Source: a virus (Duplodnaviria; Heunggongvirae; Uroviricota; Caudoviricetes). Taken from it: a stretch of DNA of 16,612 nt. Positions 14,038 to 16,612 of this stretch are shown one piece after another (the first letter of the stretch is position 1; every line of letters starts with the position of its first letter). Location of the stretch: the IMG/VR virus record IMGVR_UViG_2778261179_000013, positions 1 to 16,612 of that record; one strand, written 5' to 3'. A model generated the notes under the pieces. It was not told where the DNA came from and did not search any database. It worked only from the letters and a program-made list of their open reading frames with translations. The position numbers and the translations under genes are program-made.

Positions 14038-15682
14038 GTACGCAAACGCGATAAAAACGGGCGAAATTCCGGCCTGTAAGCGCGTAAAACAGGCCGTGGA
14101 AAGGTACTTTTCAGACCTGAATGACCCCCGTTATGTGTTCGATACGGCGACCGTAGAGCGGTTTATTGCGTTCTCGCGGCTCTGTCCTCACGTCAAAGGC
14201 CCGTTGCGCGGGCAGTCTATCGAGCTGGAGCCGTGGCAGCAGTTCGCCTTTGCTAACCTGCTGGGCTTTAAAGTCAGGGAGTCAGGCCGCCGGAAGTATA
14301 GCAGCGCCTTTATTGAGGTGCCGCGCAAGAATGCCAAATCCACCGTGGCCGCCATGCTGGCTAACTGGTTTCTGGTGATGGAGAAGGGCCAGCAGGATAT
14401 CTACACGGCGGCGGTAAGCCGGGATCAGGCCCGAATCGTGTTCGACGATGCCCGCCAGATGTGCCTGCTGTCAAAACCGCTGAAAAAGCGCGTCAGTATT
14501 CAGGCACACAAGGTCATTTTCCCGAAGAGCAACAGCCTGTTAAAGCCGCTGGCGGCAAAAGCGGCCACCATTGAAGGGACTAACCCCAGCCTGGCGATTG
14601 TCGATGAGTACCACCTTCACCCGGATAACGGCGTTTATTCCGCGCTTGAGCTGGGTATGGGCGCCCGTCCTGAGGCAATTTTGTTCGCCATCACTACCGC
14701 CGGGAGTAACGTAGTCTCGGCCTGTAAGCAGCATTATGACTACTGCTGCCAGATTCTGGCAGGGGAAGAGAGCAACGATTCTCTGTTTGTCCTGATATAC
14801 GAGCTGGACGACGAAATTGAGGTTGAGCAGCCGGAAATGTGGATTAAGGCCAACCCTAACCTGCATGTGTCTGTTGACGCAGCGAAGCTGGAATCCACCA
14901 TCCAGAAAGCGCGGGGGATACCGTCGCAATGGGTGGAAATGCTCACCAAACGTTTCAATATCTGGTGTCAGGGCTCCACGCCGTGGATGGGGGCTGGCGC
15001 GTGGGATGCCTGTGCACTCGACTATAACGAAGAAGAGCTGGTCGGAATGGAGTGTTATGCCGGGTTTGACCTGTCCTCAACCAGCGATATCACCAGCGTG
15101 AGTTACGCTTTCCCGTTTGACAGGGAGATCCGGCTTCTGACCCGCCACTATCTACCGGAAGCGCAACTGCTTAACGTCGCCAACAAAAACCGCGCCATCT
15201 ATCGCCAGTGGGTAAAAACGGGCTGGATACGCACCACACCCGGCGACTGTATCGACTATGACCGCATTCGTGACGATATCCTGCGCGATGCTGAAACCTT
15301 CAATATTCGGCTGGTGGGCTTTGATACGTGGAACGCTACGCATCTGCGCACCCAGCTACAGGGTGCGGGCCTTGATGTTGAGCCATTCCCGCAAACCTAT
15401 CTCAGGTTCAGTCCGGTAGCGAAATCCTTTGAAGTGTTTGTTAACCGCAGGGTAGTGCGCCATCGCGGTGATCCGGTTCTGGCCTGGGCGATTGGTAACG
15501 TGGTGATGGAGTCCGACGCCAATGCCAACATCAAGCCCAACAAAAAGAAATCCTCCAACAAGATAGATCCGGCTGTGTCTGCGTTAATGGCGTTTGGCAC
15601 CTTCCAGGCTGAGCACGAGGATTTTGCATTTGATATGAGTGACAGTCACAAACAACGGCTAGCTGATTTCAATGGGCTTTGA
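14021..15682 (+). CDS. terL: Terminase large subunit
   Basis: 553 aa. Walker A-like EVPRKNAKST, Walker B-like LAIVDEYH and a C-terminal nuclease-type region. Apparent TTG start at 14021 overlapping the terS end, so the start codon is uncertain. Confidence 0.9.
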   Translation: MTVWNEYANAIKTGEIPACKRVKQAVERYFSDLNDPRYVFDTATVERFIAFSRLCPHVKGPLRGQSIELEPWQQFAFANLLGFKVRESGRRKYSSAFIEVPRKNAKSTVAAMLANWFLVMEKGQQDIYTAAVSRDQARIVFDDARQMCLLSKPLKKRVSIQAHKVIFPKSNSLLKPLAAKAATIEGTNPSLAIVDEYHLHPDNGVYSALELGMGARPEAILFAITTAGSNVVSACKQHYDYCCQILAGEESNDSLFVLIYELDDEIEVEQPEMWIKANPNLHVSVDAAKLESTIQKARGIPSQWVEMLTKRFNIWCQGSTPWMGAGAWDACALDYNEEELVGMECYAGFDLSSTSDITSVSYAFPFDREIRLLTRHYLPEAQLLNVANKNRAIYRQWVKTGWIRTTPGDCIDYDRIRDDILRDAETFNIRLVGFDTWNATHLRTQLQGAGLDVEPFPQTYLRFSPVAKSFEVFVNRRVVRHRGDPVLAWAIGNVVMESDANANIKPNKKKSSNKIDPAVSALMAFGTFQAEHEDFAFDMSDSHKQRLADFNGL

Positions 15683-15718
15683 TAGTGCTTGAACTTTTCA
15701 AATTGTCACTGTAATTCT

Positions 15719-16612
15719 TTAATATTCGACTTGCTGAGCCGGAACGGAGTTTAAAATCCAGCATTCTTGATGGACAAAATTTATATTCAGAGCAGATAAA
15801 TATTGTTGCTCATATGCTCTGTATATTAATAGTTTTGTTTGATTCTGATCATCCAATTCATAATCCGTTTTTGCAGTGCTCCATTGGGAGTGAAGCATTA
15901 CTGATTGAACAAAGGAGTTCATCTTTATACTCATGTTCATTACATTTGAAGATGTTCCGGCATATTTGTATGAGTCGATTACCGTGTTTTTTCCATCGCC
16001 ATCAACATCGAAAGGATTGGATATCCACTTGAATGTATTTAACAAAAAAAGATTGGCGACCCAAGTGTAATCGTTGCCGTTTATATTTTCTGTGGTAGAA
16101 GAGCTAATGCTTTCATGGAGATTGGTTGCCCCCATGAAAATCGCCTCAGGATCTATCTTTCCGTCAGACCTTCGCTGCCTTCCGGCTGCTAAGTAATTGA
16201 AAATGCCAGCATAACACTGCCCCATATATACTATCGCTCTATCTAAATCTGGCGTTGTTTTTATGCGATTAAGTAACCTATAGGGCGGTATTGGTGGGAG
16301 GGCGTCCAATCCATGCATACTTCCATGACCCGTTATAAATATAACTATATTATCATGGGTATTATCGTCGCAATCCGAAAAAAATTCGCTGCTTCTTTTT
16401 ACATTATATTGATGGTTAGTGCCAACTGAGATTAATTTTTGTATATTTCCTCTGTTGTTTCCATCTATATAAATAAAAATATCAGCAGGATTAATTCCAC
16501 GATTTTCTAAGCAGTAAATCCCAAAGGCCAGATCAGAAACATGCCGATCTTCCGGCTCACTGCTGGAAGCCAAAAAAAGAACCCATTTTGTTTTGTCTGC
16601 TAATAGCCCCAT
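15719..16612 (-). CDS. Caspase-like (clan CD, C13/C14-type) peptidase-domain protein; N-terminus at the window edge, possibly partial
   Basis: 297 aa on the minus strand with stop at 15719-15721 and ATG exactly at 16610-16612. Clan CD layout: hydrophobic strand ending in His-Gly (NIVIFITGHG) followed about 38 residues later by a strand ending in the catalytic-type Cys (AIVYMGQCYAG). AT-rich and convergent with terL. Confidence 0.6.
   Translation of the reverse strand: MGLLADKTKWVLFLASSSEPEDRHVSDLAFGIYCLENRGINPADIFIYIDGNNRGNIQKLISVGTNHQYNVKRSSEFFSDCDDNTHDNIVIFITGHGSMHGLDALPPIPPYRLLNRIKTTPDLDRAIVYMGQCYAGIFNYLAAGRQRRSDGKIDPEAIFMGATNLHESISSSTTENINGNDYTWVANLFLLNTFKWISNPFDVDGDGKNTVIDSYKYAGTSSNVMNMSIKMNSFVQSVMLHSQWSTAKTDYELDDQNQTKLLIYRAYEQQYLSALNINFVHQECWILNSVPAQQVEY

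Noticed and set aside
14540-15600. Minus-strand and alternative-frame ORFs (63-129 aa) within terL
   Set aside because: Shadow ORFs inside the large terminase gene.
15814-16032. 72-aa plus-strand ORF
   Set aside because: Antisense within the caspase-like gene; AT-rich, no ribosome-binding site.

Overview
This window reads as the left junction and most of a tail-less, phage-satellite-type chromosomal island inserted beside a chromosomal DNA methyltransferase gene. From left to right: (1) a complete CcrM-like N6-adenine methyltransferase on the minus strand (1-891, YhdJ-like), a hairpin terminator, and a 5-codon remnant encoding YGMN-stop, which matches the C-terminus of Fis and suggests insertion at the fis 3' end. 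(2) A P4-type tyrosine integrase (1156-2379) followed by two AT-rich ORFs of unknown function. (3) A regulatory and replication module: an AlpA-family regulator, an AntA-like antirepressor-domain protein, a palindrome-dense ~500-bp segment, a divergently transcribed ribbon-helix-helix regulator with operator-like inverted repeats, three small translationally coupled ORFs, a P4 alpha-like replication helicase, and an iteron array (GGTGAACA / TGTTCACC) that looks like the origin. (4) A second AT-rich two-gene cassette of unknown function (7879-9092) with its own terminator. (5) A complete HK97-type head and packaging operon (major capsid, prohead protease, portal, two head-tail adaptors, HNH endonuclease, small and large terminase) with no tail genes in the window. 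(6) A convergent, AT-rich gene for a caspase-like (clan CD) peptidase running to the window edge. The overall architecture resembles the capsid-forming phage-inducible chromosomal island class. The best candidates for an undescribed accessory or defence system are the cassette at 7879-9092, the caspase-like gene at 15719-16612 and the ORF pair at 2376-3163. All calls come from reading the sequence and the supplied ORF translations; no database search was run.
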